From Escherichia phage vB_EcoM_G50: DNA of 64,000 bases. Positions 41,237 through 53,200 of the stretch are shown piece after piece; position 1 is the first letter of the stretch, and every line of letters starts with the position of its first letter. The DNA is taken from the sequence record NC_054917.1. One strand, given 5' to 3'. The position numbers and the translations under genes were made by a program. The notes under the pieces were generated by a model that saw only the letters and a program-made list of their open reading frames with translations, did not search any database and was not told the origin of the DNA.

Positions 41237-42145
41237 TTAAAGGTCATTCAAAAGGTCATCCAGGTCCGTGTCATCAGCACTAGATGAACTGCCAGAGCTT
41301 GAGCTCATAAAATCGTCTTCAGTTTTTGTATTGAAGTCATCAACATTGAATGCATCCAAATCATCAGCAACTTTATCAGCTTTCTTAGCGGCAGTCGCTG
41401 CGGCACCACCCATAGCAGCAGTTCCCATAACTTGACTAAACTTAGTGCTCAGTTCTTCAAACGATTTGAATTTATCTTTAGAAGTCATTTCAGAAAGGTC
41501 AACCATTTGTTCGAACAGTTCTTTCTGGAAAGATTCATCATCAATGTTTGGAATCGCAGATTGATTCAGGAATTTAGATTCGTCGTAGTTACTAAAACCA
41601 GAAACTTGTTTAACTTTCAGTACAAAGTTAGCACCTTCCCACGGACAAGTTACATCAACCGGAGTTTCACCCATTTCAACATCAACTGCAATCATTGCAT
41701 TGATTTTATCCCAGATTTTCTTACCGAAACGGTATTTAAATACTTTACCTTCATTTTCTGGAGCAGCTGGGTCTTTTACTACAAGAATGTTAGCCCAGTA
41801 AGAAGTTTTACGTTTAACAAGACCGTACTCTTTATTGTCAGTGTTATACAAATCATTTTTACTGATGTACTGGCATACTGGACAAGAATCGTAATCACCG
41901 TGGGTAGATGAACAGTTTTCAATATACCATTTACCATTTTTCTTGAAACCGTGATTTACAAGAATTGCGAATGGTGCTTGTTCATCATTTTTAGACGGAA
42001 GAAAACGAATTACTGCTTGACCGTTACCCGCATTGTCGAGTTTCAGTTTCCACTCGCCTTTATCTTCAGAAGAAAAACCACCTTTATTTCCAGCCAGTTT
42101 AGCCATTTGTGCAGCGAGTTCAGCAGTAGATTTACGTTTAAACAT
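41237..42145 (-). CDS. 32: Single-stranded DNA-binding protein gp32
   Basis: 302-aa [53 protein letters not shown]...; acidic Ser/Asp-rich C-terminus; matches T4 gp32. Confidence 0.97.
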   Translation of the reverse strand: MFKRKSTAELAAQMAKLAGNKGGFSSEDKGEWKLKLDNAGNGQAVIRFLPSKNDEQAPFAILVNHGFKKNGKWYIENCSSTHGDYDSCPVCQYISKNDLYNTDNKEYGLVKRKTSYWANILVVKDPAAPENEGKVFKYRFGKKIWDKINAMIAVDVEMGETPVDVTCPWEGANFVLKVKQVSGFSNYDESKFLNQSAIPNIDDESFQKELFEQMVDLSEMTSKDKFKSFEELSTKFSQVMGTAAMGGAAATAAKKADKVADDLDAFNVDDFNTKTEDDFMSSSSGSSSSADDTDLDDLLNDL

Positions 42146-42215
42146 TTTTATTTCCTTTTTAATTTAATTAACAGTTGGTGCTATGACGATGTATGACCTC
42201 ATAGCTGGTCAGTGA
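42146..42215 (-). promoter_or_regulatory. Gene 32 mRNA leader / autoregulatory translational operator
   Basis: Minus strand ends ...TTAAATTAAAAAGGAAATAAAAATG, the A/U-rich unstructured leader I recall for T4 gene 32, preceded by a GC-richer structured segment. Confidence 0.55.
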
Positions 42216-42244
42216 GCTAATTATAATCTATTTATAATAAGCAA

Positions 42245-42898
42245 TTAATACTTGCAAGATTTCACAGTTTCAATGAAAACACTTTTGGCTTTCTGTGAAT
42301 CAATATTTAAAATTTTTCTATAAGCTTTTAACTTTATAGAATAATTATTCCAGACTAAATTATCAGTCTGTTCATCGTGTTTATCGATTATATTTAAAAA
42401 CGAATCAAGCAAGATAAACGTCTCAAACGAAATTATATTCGATTGAAGTAGTTTAAAAATATAACTTGATTGAACTTTTGGATTATATTCAAAGATTTCT
42501 TTAAAAGCAGAAACTTCAACTTTTTTACTAAAATAGTAAATATTGCGAATATCTTCTTCAAACTTAAATTTAATTTGCTTTAAGCGTCCGATATATTCAC
42601 GATAAAACACAAGTGCATCAGCGTCAGAGATGTCACCAATCCAAGCATCCTGGTTAGCAACAAGATTGCTTATAAAGATTAAAGCAAGTTCCTTTAATTT
42701 ATATTTTTCTGATAACTTCTGGAAAAAATACTTATCCCTTCGCTTTTGATAAGCGGCATCAGACACCCGCATGCACCAATTATACTTAATTACATCATAC
42801 TTTCCATTCATATGTTGTTTTATCATTAAGTATAATTTATAAACTGATTTACCATCAATATATCTTTCACCACCAGCAGGCATGCGGAGTTTAATCAT
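42245..42898 (-). CDS. 59: Helicase loader gp59
   Basis: 217 aa, MIKLRMPAGGERYIDGKSVYKLYLMIKQHMNGKYDVIKYNW...; matches T4 gp59. Confidence 0.95.
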   Translation of the reverse strand: MIKLRMPAGGERYIDGKSVYKLYLMIKQHMNGKYDVIKYNWCMRVSDAAYQKRRDKYFFQKLSEKYKLKELALIFISNLVANQDAWIGDISDADALVFYREYIGRLKQIKFKFEEDIRNIYYFSKKVEVSAFKEIFEYNPKVQSSYIFKLLQSNIISFETFILLDSFLNIIDKHDEQTDNLVWNNYSIKLKAYRKILNIDSQKAKSVFIETVKSCKY

Positions 42899-43233
42899 AA
42901 TAGAAAATCTAATGTATTAGTTTTTTCACAACGAACAACAGAAGGACGTAAAAGATTTTCGTCAATAGCTTCTGACTGAATTTTTTCAATTATACCCGAA
43001 GGAATAAATTTAGCAAATTGAGTTTCAGGAATAGAATTTTCTTCCAAGAATGCTGTTGTAGCTTCAAGATAACTCATTCCAAACTCTTCTACCATTTTTT
43101 CAATAATAAATCCATTTTCTTGACGATCAAGAAGCTTTGCTATTTCATCCTTTTCTTTCTTAATTGAAAGTTCTTTTTCTGAAAGACCGGTCTCATCGAC
43201 CGGACGAATATCATTTAGAGAAAACTGTGTCAT
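42895..43233 (-). CDS. 33: Late transcription co-activator gp33
   Basis: 112 aa from MTQFSLNDIRPVDETGLSEKELS...; T4 gp33 length. Confidence 0.9.
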   Translation of the reverse strand: MTQFSLNDIRPVDETGLSEKELSIKKEKDEIAKLLDRQENGFIIEKMVEEFGMSYLEATTAFLEENSIPETQFAKFIPSGIIEKIQSEAIDENLLRPSVVRCEKTNTLDFLL

Positions 43234-43480
43234 AAAGTTCAACTACCTCTTCGGTTTCAGCTTCAAACACATCACGGTTATCTTTATGATACAAAGCTAA
43301 TAGACGATTAAACATCTTACCATCAACGCCAAGTTCATCTTTAGCACGAATTCGAATATCTTTAATCAATTCATTATAACCAGAAATTTTCAGTTTATGG
43401 TCAGATGCTTCTTTGATAAATTTGGCCAAGTCTTCGCCATGGATAGCTTCATCAAATTCAACCATTTCTTTTTTAGCCAT
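43211..43480 (-). CDS. dsbA: Double-stranded DNA-binding protein DsbA
   Basis: 89 aa, MAKKEMVEFDEAIHGEDLAKFIKEASDHKLKISGYNELIKDIRIRAKDELG...; size and position as T4 DsbA. Confidence 0.9.
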   Translation of the reverse strand: MAKKEMVEFDEAIHGEDLAKFIKEASDHKLKISGYNELIKDIRIRAKDELGVDGKMFNRLLALYHKDNRDVFEAETEEVVELYDTVFSK

Positions 43481-43488
43481 TATTCACC

Positions 43489-44406
43489 TCAAAATTCATT
43501 AATGCTATTAGTTAATTTAGAAAGACCCGCTTTTACAAAATATGAATAAATTTTGCCACGCGGTGGTAATTTATATGAATTATAGTAATTCACAATGTTT
43601 GAAGCAATATTATCAGGAATATAATCAAAATCAATTAAAACTAAATTTTCTTTATAACGATTATATTCAGATTCGGTAAGAAGCACCTTAGCTTGCTCAC
43701 GGTCATTAGCAATAGCTTCAACAATAGAGGTTTTCATTGAAGGAGTTCGTTCACCTTCAACTCTTGTAAACCAAAAGTCAGATCGTACTTTAACTGAAGC
43801 AACGTTATCCTTTTTGTCGCCTTTAAGGATTTTAGTCATACAGTCAATTTCAGCAGAACCGCTTTTAATTTTAACCCATTTCTTGTGCATCGGTGACCAT
43901 TGCTTAACATTTGGGTATTTGTGAAGTTGAGTAAAGTCACCATCCGATGAAATGATTAAAATCTTATGTCCTTCTAAAGAGAACTTTTTAACAAGAACAG
44001 CAATATGGTCATCTGCTTCATACTTATCAATATCCATAACAATGTATGGCATATAAGCTTTCAATTCATCTATAACTTTATGACTGGATTCAAAATAACC
44101 TTCCCAATCCCAAGTAGATTCTTCTCGTGCTTTTCCACGGTTTTTCTTATAATAATAAGCAAAATCACGACGCCAGTATCCAGATTTCGCGTTATCGATA
44201 CACAGTACAATTTTAGTGTATCCAAGAGTTTTTGCTTTTTTGACATTAAACTTAATTGAGTTCAATATCAAATGACGAACCATTGATAAATTAATTTTTT
44301 CTTTATCTGGGAAGTTTACCAGAGCAGTTGAAAGCGCAATTTGACTAAAGTCAATTAAGCAGATTCCTTCTTTGTAATCTTCATCCAGCATCATTTCTAA
44401 ATCCAT
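43489..44406 (-). CDS. rnh: RNase H (5'-3' exonuclease / flap endonuclease)
   Basis: 305 aa from MDLEMMLDEDYKEGICLIDFSQIALSTALVNF...; matches T4 RNase H; ORF-track 5-aa extension rejected. Confidence 0.95.
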   Translation of the reverse strand: MDLEMMLDEDYKEGICLIDFSQIALSTALVNFPDKEKINLSMVRHLILNSIKFNVKKAKTLGYTKIVLCIDNAKSGYWRRDFAYYYKKNRGKAREESTWDWEGYFESSHKVIDELKAYMPYIVMDIDKYEADDHIAVLVKKFSLEGHKILIISSDGDFTQLHKYPNVKQWSPMHKKWVKIKSGSAEIDCMTKILKGDKKDNVASVKVRSDFWFTRVEGERTPSMKTSIVEAIANDREQAKVLLTESEYNRYKENLVLIDFDYIPDNIASNIVNYYNSYKLPPRGKIYSYFVKAGLSKLTNSINEF

Positions 44407-44435
44407 ATGAACCTCGTTCAATTAGTGAGATTTCT

Positions 44436-44465
44436 ATTATATACCATCCGAATCTTAAAGTAAAC
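44436..44465 (-). promoter_or_regulatory. Early-type promoter for rnh
   Basis: attata ... 18 nt ... gtaaac ~30 nt upstream of rnh ATG. Confidence 0.45.
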
Positions 44466-44468
44466 AAG

Positions 44469-44476
44469 TATAAATA
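44469..44476 (+). promoter_or_regulatory. Late promoter (TATAAATA) for gene 34
   Basis: Exact TATAAATA ~35 nt upstream of gene 34 ATG. Confidence 0.6.
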
Positions 44477-44510
44477 CTTATTATTGAAAACACAATAGGA
44501 GCCCGGGAGA

Positions 44511-47500
44511 ATGGCCGAGATTAAAAGAAAGTTCAGAGCAGAAGATGGTCTGGACGCAGGTGGCGATAAAATAATCAACGTAGCTTTAGCTGATCGTACC
44601 GTAGGAACTGACGGTGTTAACGTTGATTACCTAATTCAAGAAAACACAGTTCAACAATACGATCCAACTCGTGGATATTTAAAAGATTTTGTAATCATTT
44701 ATGATAACCGCTTTTGGGCTGCTATAAATGATATTCCAAAACCGGCAGGAACTTTTAATAGTGGACGCTGGAGAGCATTGCGTACTGATGCTAACTGGAT
44801 CACAGTCTCATCTGGTTCATATCAATTAAAATCCGGTGAAGCTATTTCGGTTAACACTGCAGCTGGTAATGATATTACATTTACTTTACCATCTTCCCCA
44901 ATTGACGGTGATACTATCGTTCTCCAAGATATTGGAGGAAAACCTGGAGTTAACCAAGTTTTAATTGTAGCTCCAGTGCAAAGTATTGTAAACTTCAGAG
45001 GTGAACAAGTACGATCAGTACTAATGACTCATCCAAAATCACAGTTGGTTTTAATTTTTAGTAATCGTCTGTGGCAAATGTATGTTGCTGATTATAGTAG
45101 AGAAGCTGTAATTGCGACACCAGCGAATACTTATCAAGCGCAATCCAATGATTTTATCGTACGTAGATTTACTTCTGCCGCACCGATTAATATTAAACTT
45201 CCGAGATTTGCTAATCACGGTGATATTATTAATTTCGTCGATTTGGACAAATTAAATCCACTTTATCATACAATTGTCACAACATACGATGAAACTACTT
45301 CAGTACAAGAAGATGGAACTCATTCTATTGAAGGCCGTACATCAATTGACGGTTTCTTGATGTATGATGATAATGAAAAATTGTGGAGATTGTTTGACGG
45401 GGACAGTAAAGCACGTTTACGTATTATAACGACTAATTCAAACATTCGTCCAAATGAAGAAGTTATGGTATTTGGTGCGAATAATGGAATAACTCAAACA
45501 ATTGAACTCCAGCTTCCAACTAATATTTCTGTTGGTGATACTGTTAAAATTTCCATGAATTACATGAGAAAAGGACAAACAGTTAAAATCAAAGCTGCCG
45601 GTGAAGATAAAATTGCTTCTTCAGTTCAATTGCTGCAATTCCCAAAACGTTCAGAATATCCGCCTGAAGCTGAATGGGTGACTGTTCAAGAATTAGTTTT
45701 TAACGGTGAAACTAATTATGTTCCAGTTTTACAACTTGCTTATATAGAAGATTCTGACGGAAAATACTGGGTAGTACAGCAAAACGTTCCAACCGTAGAA
45801 AGAGTTGATTCTTTAAATGATTCTACTAGAGCGAGATTAGGCGTAATTGCTTTAGCTACACAAGCTCAAGCTAACGTCGATTTAGAAAATTCTCCGCAAA
45901 AAGAATTAGCAATTACACCAGAAACATTAGCTAACCGTACTGCTACAGAAACTCGCAGAGGTATCGCAAGAATAGCAACAACTGCTCAAGTGAATCAGAA
46001 CACCACATTCTCTTTTGCTGACGATATTATCATCACTCCTAAAAAGCTGAATGAAAGAACTGCTACAGAAACTCGCAGAGGCGTTGCTGAAATTGCTACG
46101 CAACAGGAAACTAATGCAGGTACTGATGATACTACAATCATCACTCCTAAAAAGCTTCAAGCTCGACAAGGTTCTGAATCATTATCAGGTATTGTAACCT
46201 TTGTATCTACTACAGGAGCTACTCCAGCTTCTAGTCGTGAATTAAATGGTACAAACGTTTATAATAAAAACACTAATAATTTAGTCGTTTCGCCTAAAGC
46301 TTTGGATCAGTATAAAGCTACTCCAACGCAACAAGGTGCAGTAATTTTAGCAGTTGAAAGTGAAGTAATTGCTGGACAAAGCCAAGAAGGATGGGCAAAT
46401 GCGGTTGTAACGCCAGAAACGTTACACAAAAAGACATCGACTGATGGAAGAATTGGTTTAATTGAAATTGCTACGCAAAGTGAAGTTAATACAGGAACTG
46501 ATTATACTCGTGCAGTCACTCCTAAAACTTTAAATGACCGTATAGCAACTGAAAGTTTAAGTGGTATAGCTGAAATTGCTACGCAAGTTGAATTCGACGC
46601 AGGCGTCGACGATACTCGTATCTCTACACCATTAAAAATTAAAACCAGATTTAATAGTACTGATCGTACTTCTGTTGTTGCTCTATCTGGATTAGTTGAA
46701 TCAGGAACTCTCTGGGACCATTATACCCTTAATATTCTTGAAGCAAATGAGACACAGCGTGGTACACTTCGTGTAGCTACACAAGTTGAAGCTGCTGCAG
46801 GAACATTAGATAATGTTTTAATAACTCCTAAAAAGCTTTTAGGTACTAAATCTACCGAATCGCAGGAAGGTGTTATTAAAGTTGCAACTCAGTCTGAAAC
46901 TGTAACTGGAACGTCAGCAAATACTGCTGTATCTCCAAAAAATTTAAAATGGATTGTGCAGAGTGAACCTACTTGGGCAGCTACTACTGCGATAAGAGGT
47001 TTTGTTAAAACTTCATCCGGTTCAATTACATTCGTTGGTAATGATACAGTTGGTTCTACACAGAGCTTAGAGCTATACGAGAAAAATAGCTATGCAGTAT
47101 CACCGTACGAATTAAACCGTGTATTAGCAAATTATTTGCCGTTAAAAGCAAAAGCCGCTGACGCGAATTTATTAGATGGTCTAGATTCATCCCAGTTCAT
47201 TCGTAGGGATATTGCACAGACGGTTAATGGTTCACTAACCTTAACCCAACAAACGAATCTAAGTGCCCCTCTTGTATCATCTAGTACTGCTACGTTTGGT
47301 GGATCAGTTTCGGCAAATAGTACATTAACTATTTCTAATACTGGAACGGCAACTCGTCTGATTTTTGAGAAAGGACCTCAAACTGGAACTAACCCAGTAC
47401 AGACGATGACTATCAGAGTTTGGGGAAATCAGTTTGGTGGCGGTTCAGATACAACACGTTCTACTGTATTTGAAGTTGGTGATGAAACGTCTAATCACTT

Positions 47501-48380
47501 TTATTCTCAACGTAATAAAGCTGGGAATATAACGTTTAGTATCAATGGTACTGTAATGCCGATAAATGTTAACGCTTCAGGTTCTTTGAATGCGAATGGC
47601 GTTGCAACATTTGGTAGTTCAGTTACTGCTAATGGTGAATTCATCAGCAAGTCTGCAAATGCTTTTAGAGCAATAAGTGGTAATTATGGATTCTTTATTC
47701 GCAATGATGCTGCTAACACCTATTTTATGCTCACTGCATCGGGTGATCAGACTGGCGGATTTAATGGATTACGTCCTTTAGCTATTAATAATGCATCTGG
47801 TCAAGTAACGATTGGTGAAAGCTTAATCATTGCCAAAGGTGCTACTATAAATTCAGGTGGTTTAACTGTTAACTCGAGAATTCGTTCTCAGGGCACTAAA
47901 ACATCTGACTTATATACCCGTGCGCCAACATCTGATACCGTAGGATTCTGGTCAATTGACATTAATGATTCAGCTACTTATAATCAGTTCCCAGGTTATT
48001 TTAAAATGGTTGAAAAAACTAATGAAGTGACTGGACTTCCATACTTAGAACGTGGTGAAGAAGTTAAATCTCCTGGTACATTGACTCAGTTTGGTAACAC
48101 ACTTGATTCGCTTTACCAAGATTGGATTACTTATCCAACGACTCCAGAAGCGCGTACCACTCGCTGGACACGCACATGGCAGAAAACCAAAAACTCCTGG
48201 TCAAGTTTTGTTCAGGTATTTGATGGAGGTAACCCTCCTCAACCGTCTGATATCGGTGCTTTACCATCTGATAATGCTACAATGGGGAATCTTACTATTC
48301 GTGATTTCTTACGAATTGGTAATGTTCGCATTATTCCTGACCCAGTGAATAAAACGGTTAAATTTGAATGGGTTGAATAA
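44511..48380 (+). CDS. 34: Long tail fibre proximal subunit gp34
   Basis: 1289 aa, same length as T4 gp34; late promoter upstream. Confidence 0.95.
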   Translation: MAEIKRKFRAEDGLDAGGDKIINVALADRTVGTDGVNVDYLIQENTVQQYDPTRGYLKDFVIIYDNRFWAAINDIPKPAGTFNSGRWRALRTDANWITVSSGSYQLKSGEAISVNTAAGNDITFTLPSSPIDGDTIVLQDIGGKPGVNQVLIVAPVQSIVNFRGEQVRSVLMTHPKSQLVLIFSNRLWQMYVADYSREAVIATPANTYQAQSNDFIVRRFTSAAPINIKLPRFANHGDIINFVDLDKLNPLYHTIVTTYDETTSVQEDGTHSIEGRTSIDGFLMYDDNEKLWRLFDGDSKARLRIITTNSNIRPNEEVMVFGANNGITQTIELQLPTNISVGDTVKISMNYMRKGQTVKIKAAGEDKIASSVQLLQFPKRSEYPPEAEWVTVQELVFNGETNYVPVLQLAYIEDSDGKYWVVQQNVPTVERVDSLNDSTRARLGVIALATQAQANVDLENSPQKELAITPETLANRTATETRRGIARIATTAQVNQNTTFSFADDIIITPKKLNERTATETRRGVAEIATQQETNAGTDDTTIITPKKLQARQGSESLSGIVTFVSTTGATPASSRELNGTNVYNKNTNNLVVSPKALDQYKATPTQQGAVILAVESEVIAGQSQEGWANAVVTPETLHKKTSTDGRIGLIEIATQSEVNTGTDYTRAVTPKTLNDRIATESLSGIAEIATQVEFDAGVDDTRISTPLKIKTRFNSTDRTSVVALSGLVESGTLWDHYTLNILEANETQRGTLRVATQVEAAAGTLDNVLITPKKLLGTKSTESQEGVIKVATQSETVTGTSANTAVSPKNLKWIVQSEPTWAATTAIRGFVKTSSGSITFVGNDTVGSTQSLELYEKNSYAVSPYELNRVLANYLPLKAKAADANLLDGLDSSQFIRRDIAQTVNGSLTLTQQTNLSAPLVSSSTATFGGSVSANSTLTISNTGTATRLIFEKGPQTGTNPVQTMTIRVWGNQFGGGSDTTRSTVFEVGDETSNHFYSQRNKAGNITFSINGTVMPINVNASGSLNANGVATFGSSVTANGEFISKSANAFRAISGNYGFFIRNDAANTYFMLTASGDQTGGFNGLRPLAINNASGQVTIGESLIIAKGATINSGGLTVNSRIRSQGTKTSDLYTRAPTSDTVGFWSIDINDSATYNQFPGYFKMVEKTNEVTGLPYLERGEEVKSPGTLTQFGNTLDSLYQDWITYPTTPEARTTRWTRTWQKTKNSWSSFVQVFDGGNPPQPSDIGALPSDNATMGNLTIRDFLRIGNVRIIPDPVNKTVKFEWVE

Positions 48381-48388
48381 GAGGTATT

Positions 48389-49504
48389 ATGGAAAAATTT
48401 ATGGCAGAGTTTGGACAAGGATACGTCCAAACGCCATTTTTATCGGAAAGTAATTCAGTAAGATATAAAATAAGTATAGCGGGTTCTTGCCCGCTTTCTA
48501 CTGCAGGACCATACGTTAAATTTCAGGATAATCCTGTCGGAAATCAAACATTTAACGCAGGTCTTCATTTAAGAGTTTTTGACCCTTCCACAGGAGCATT
48601 AGTTGATAGTAAGTCATATGCTTTTTCGACTTCAAATGATACTACATCAGCTGCTTTTGTTAGTTTCATGAATTCTTTGGCGAATAATAGACTTGTTGCT
48701 ATATTAACTAGCGGAAAGGTTAATTTTCCTCCTGAAGTAGTATCTTGGCTAAGAGCCGCAGGAACGTCTGCTTTTCCATCTGATTCTATATTGTCAAGAT
48801 TCGACGTATCATATGCTGCTTTTTACACTTCTTCTAAAAGAGCTATTGCATTAGAGCATGTTAAATTAAGTAATAGAAAAAGCACAGATGATTATCAAAC
48901 TATTTTAGATGTTGTATTTGACAGTTTAGAAGATGTTGGAGCTACCGGCTTTCCAAGAAGAACATATGAAAGCATCGAGCAATTTATGTCAGCAGTCGGT
49001 GGAACTAATAACGAAATTGCGCGATTGCCAACTTCAGCTGCCATAAGTAAATTATCTGACTATAATTTAATCCCTGGTGATGTTCTTTATCTTAAAGCAC
49101 AGTTATATGCTGATGCCGATTTACTTGCGCTTGGAACCACAAATATATCTATCCGTTTTTATAACGCATCAAATGGATATATTTCTTCAACACAAGCTGA
49201 GTTTACCGGACAAGCTGGGTCTTGGGAATTAAAGGAAGATTATGTAGTTGTTCCAGAAAACGCTGTGGGATTTACGATATATGCACAAAGAACTGCACAA
49301 GCTGGTCAAGGTGGCATGAGAAATTTAAGCTTTTCTGAAGTGTCAAGAAATGGAGGTATTTCGAAACCTGCTGAATTTGGCGTCAACGGCATTCGCGTTA
49401 ATTATATCTGTGAATCTGCTTCACCTCCGGATATAATGGTACTTCCTACACAAGCATCGTCTAAAACTGGTAAAGTGTTTGGGCAAGAATTTAGAGAAGT
49501 ATAA
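48389..49504 (+). CDS. 35: Long tail fibre hinge protein gp35
   Basis: 371 aa; GAGG Shine-Dalgarno; position as T4 gp35. Confidence 0.9.
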   Translation: MEKFMAEFGQGYVQTPFLSESNSVRYKISIAGSCPLSTAGPYVKFQDNPVGNQTFNAGLHLRVFDPSTGALVDSKSYAFSTSNDTTSAAFVSFMNSLANNRLVAILTSGKVNFPPEVVSWLRAAGTSAFPSDSILSRFDVSYAAFYTSSKRAIALEHVKLSNRKSTDDYQTILDVVFDSLEDVGATGFPRRTYESIEQFMSAVGGTNNEIARLPTSAAISKLSDYNLIPGDVLYLKAQLYADADLLALGTTNISIRFYNASNGYISSTQAEFTGQAGSWELKEDYVVVPENAVGFTIYAQRTAQAGQGGMRNLSFSEVSRNGGISKPAEFGVNGIRVNYICESASPPDIMVLPTQASSKTGKVFGQEFREV

Positions 49505-49509
49505 ATTGA

Positions 49510-49527
49510 GGGAGCCTTCGGGTTCCC
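49510..49527 (+). terminator. Terminator hairpin after gene 35
   Basis: gggagcc-ttcg-ggttccc followed by TTTTTCTTT. Confidence 0.55.
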
Positions 49528-49535
49528 TTTTTCTT

Positions 49536-49543
49536 TATAAATA
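49536..49543 (+). promoter_or_regulatory. Late promoter (TATAAATA) for gene 36
   Basis: Exact TATAAATA ~24 nt upstream of gene 36 ATG. Confidence 0.6.
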
Positions 49544-49566
49544 CTATTAAAATAAAGGGGCATACA

Positions 49567-50232
49567 ATGGCTGATTTAAAAGTAGGTTCAACAACCGGAG
49601 GCTCTGTCATTTGGCATCAAGGAAATTTTCCATTGAATCCAGCCGGTGACGATGTACTCTATAAATCATTTAAAATATATTCAGAATACAATAAACCACA
49701 AGCTGCTGATAACGATTTCGTTTCTAAAGCTAATGGTGGTACTTATGCGTCAAAGGTAACATTTAACAGTGGCGTGCAAATACCATATGCTATAAACAAC
49801 ACAAACCAAAGCGGTATTTATCCTGGCAATGGTGATGCTGCTACTTTTGATACAGCAAATATTGATATTGTTTCATGGTATGGCATTGGTTTTAAATCAT
49901 CGCAAGGATCTGCAGGTAGAACTGTTGTTGTTAACACTCGTACTGGTGATATCAGCACTAAGGGTGGTATTTATGCAATCGGACCCGTCCGTTCTAACGT
50001 TACCGCTCCAGTTGCAGCAAATGATCTTACTAGAAAAGACTATGTTGATGGAGCAATAAATACTGTTACGGCAAATGCGAACTCTAGAGTGTTACGATCT
50101 GGTGACACTATGACGGGAAACTTAACCGCACCAAACTTTTTCTCGCAGAATCCTGCATCTCAACCTTCACATGTTCCACGATTTGACCAAATCGTAATTA
50201 AGGATTCTGTTCAAGATTTCGGCTATTATTAA
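49567..50232 (+). CDS. 36: Long tail fibre distal connector gp36
   Basis: 221 aa, size as T4 gp36; late promoter and terminator hairpin upstream. Confidence 0.9.
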   Translation: MADLKVGSTTGGSVIWHQGNFPLNPAGDDVLYKSFKIYSEYNKPQAADNDFVSKANGGTYASKVTFNSGVQIPYAINNTNQSGIYPGNGDAATFDTANIDIVSWYGIGFKSSQGSAGRTVVVNTRTGDISTKGGIYAIGPVRSNVTAPVAANDLTRKDYVDGAINTVTANANSRVLRSGDTMTGNLTAPNFFSQNPASQPSHVPRFDQIVIKDSVQDFGYY

Positions 50233-50240
50233 GAGGACTT

Positions 50241-53200
50241 ATGGCTACTTTAAAACAAATACAATTTAAAAGAAGCAAAACCGCAGGTGCACGTCCTGCT
50301 GCTTCAGTATTAGCCGAAGGTGAATTGGCTATAAACTTAAAAGATAGAACAATTTTTACTAAAGATGATTCAGGAAATATCATTGACTTAAGCATTTCCG
50401 CTGGCGGTAATATCAGTGGTAATATCACTCAAACTGGTGATTATACACAGACTGGAAAATTTAATTTAATTGGTCCGCAAATTGTAGCAAGCGGTGGATA
50501 TATTGAGTTTAATTATCGTACTACTGGAAGTGGGGTTTGGTCCGGTCAACACACTGCAAAAGCTCCAATTTTTGTAGATTTAAGCTCAGCTACTTCCACA
50601 TCTGAATATAATCCTATAATTAAACAGCGCTTTAAAGACGGAACTTTTTCATTAGGTACTTTAGTTTCTGAAGGTTCGTTGAAGATTCATTATATTGATG
50701 AAACTGGTCAATCTAAATATTGGACATTTGCGCGCTCAGGTAATTTTCAAGTTGATTCTGGTAATTTATTAGTATCTGGTGGGTATTTAGTCGCTCAGAG
50801 TAATATTGAAACAAGAACAGGTTCTTTGATTGGTCCATCTGTTGTAACTAAAAATATTTCATTTGATACGAAAGCGTTTGGACAATACGATTCGCAGTCA
50901 TTAGTTCAATATGTTTATCCTGGAACAGGCGAAGAAAATGGTATAAACTATCTTCGTAAAGTTCGAGCTAAATCAGGTGGAACTATTTACCATGAAATTG
51001 CTTCTGCGCAGACTGGTAAGAATGATGAAATTTCTTGGTGGACCGGAAACTCGCTTACCACTAAATTAATGGGTCTTCGTAATGATGGCGCAATGGTATT
51101 ACGTCGTTCACTTGCTATTGGCACAATTACCGCTGATGAAAATACTAACAACTATGGTTCTCCTACTCCAATGGGAGAAAGATATATTGCTTTGGGTGAT
51201 GCTGCAACCGGTTTAAAATATATTAAGCAAGGTGTTTATGATTTAGTAGGTAATTGGAATTCTGTTGCTTCTATTACTCCTGATAGTTTCCGTAGTACTC
51301 GTAAAGCATTATTTGGACGTTCAGAAGATCAAGGCGGAACCTGGACAATGCCTGGAACGAACGCTGCTCTCTTGTCTGTTCAAACCCAGGCAGATGTGAA
51401 TAACGCAGGCGATGGTCAAACCCACATTGGATATAATTCTGGCGGTAAATTTTCCCATTATTTCCGCGGTAAAGGCCAAACCAACATTAATACACAGGAA
51501 GGTATGGAAATTAACCCTGGTATTTTGAAATTGGTAACTGGCTCTAATAACGTACAGTTTTATGCTAATGGAACAGTATCTTCAATACAAAGAATTAAAT
51601 TTGATAACGGATTAGTTCTTACTGGTGCTAGACCTGACGGTATTCAACTTGACGCTCCTACATCAGCAGATGGCACTAAAACTATACTGTGGGCTGGTGG
51701 TACTCGCGCAGGTCAGAATAAAAGTTATGTATCTATTAAAGCGTGGGGTAATTCATTTAACGCATCTGGCGATCGTGCTCGTGAAACAGTTTTTGAAGTG
51801 GCTGACGGGCAGGGATATTATTTTTATGCACAACGCACTACTCCTGCATCAGGTCAAACAGTAGGTCCGGTTAACTTTAAATTTAACGGAACTGTCGAAA
51901 CAGGCCATATCATAGGCCTTGGAAATATAAGTGCCTCCGGTACAGGTTCTTTTGGTGGCAATGTTACCATGTCTAACGGTTTGTTTGTCCAAGGTGGTTC
52001 TTCTATTACTGGACAAGTTAAAATCGGCGGAACATCAGATGCATTAAGAATTTGGAATGCTGAATATGGTGCTATTTTCCGTCGTTCTGAAGATAAGTTT
52101 TATATTATTCCAACCCCACAGAATGCGGGTGAATCAGGCGGCATTTCTAATTTACGTCCGTTCTATATTGCATTAAGTAATGGTAAAGTTTCCATGGATC
52201 ATGATGTAGATATCGGCGGCGGTAGATTTAAAGTAGAAGTGGCTGGAACTACTTCTAATCAACGTATAACACTAAATATGGCATCAGATGCTATTAGAAT
52301 AAATGCTCCAACGCAAGAGTCTTCTAACTTCATCCAAGGACGTAAAGCAGATGTCCCAAAATGGTATTTGGGTATTGGCGATGGCGGAAACGTCGTTCGT
52401 ATGCATAGTTACACTTACTCCCATGGTATTGCATTAAACTCTGATACTGTCGATATTACTAAGCCCCTTAAAATTAATAATATTCGAATTGGTACAGATG
52501 GCAACATCACAGGTGGTACTGATAATTTTGCCAACTTAAATACAACGTTAAATCGTAAAGTTAATTCTGGATTTATTACTTATGGAGCAACTGCTGGATG
52601 GTATAAGTTTGCAACAGTAACAATGCCACAATCCACTTCTACAGTCTTCTTTAAAATAGCCGGTGGTTCTGGATTTAATAGCGGATTATTCACACAGTGC
52701 AATATTGCTGAAATTGTTTTACGTACTAGTAATGAAAGACCTGCTGACTTAAATGCTGTATTATACACAAGAACAATTGCAGCTGCATTTAAAAATATTG
52801 CAGTTAATAACGTCTCTGGAGATACATATGACATTTATGTTTATGCCGGAACATATTGCAATCAATTAACTTGTGAATGGTCATGTACCGAAAATGCTGC
52901 TGTTAGCGTTATTGGTATTAACTCATCGACCCAATCACCTGTGGATGCTCTTCCAGATACAGCAGTTGATGGGCAAGTTGCTAATGTTCTTAATAACTTG
53001 GTTGATCGCGGCAAAGGTAAGCGTTATGAAGCCGATTCTGAAATAGCTATTAATAGCCAAACTGGTATTCGTATTAGAAGCAACAGCGATAAAACTGGTT
53101 CTGTTGCTACAATGCTACGAAATGATGGCGGTAGTTTTTATATTCTGTTTACAGATAAAAATGCCACCGATGGCGAAGCGACTGTTAACGGTGAATGGAA

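Noticed and set aside
40864-42196. Plus-strand ORFs (40864..41130, 41432..41911, 41951..42196) in the gene 32 region
   Set aside because: Antisense to gene 32 and its neighbours; low-complexity translations; the minus-strand genes have promoters, Shine-Dalgarno sites and terminators.
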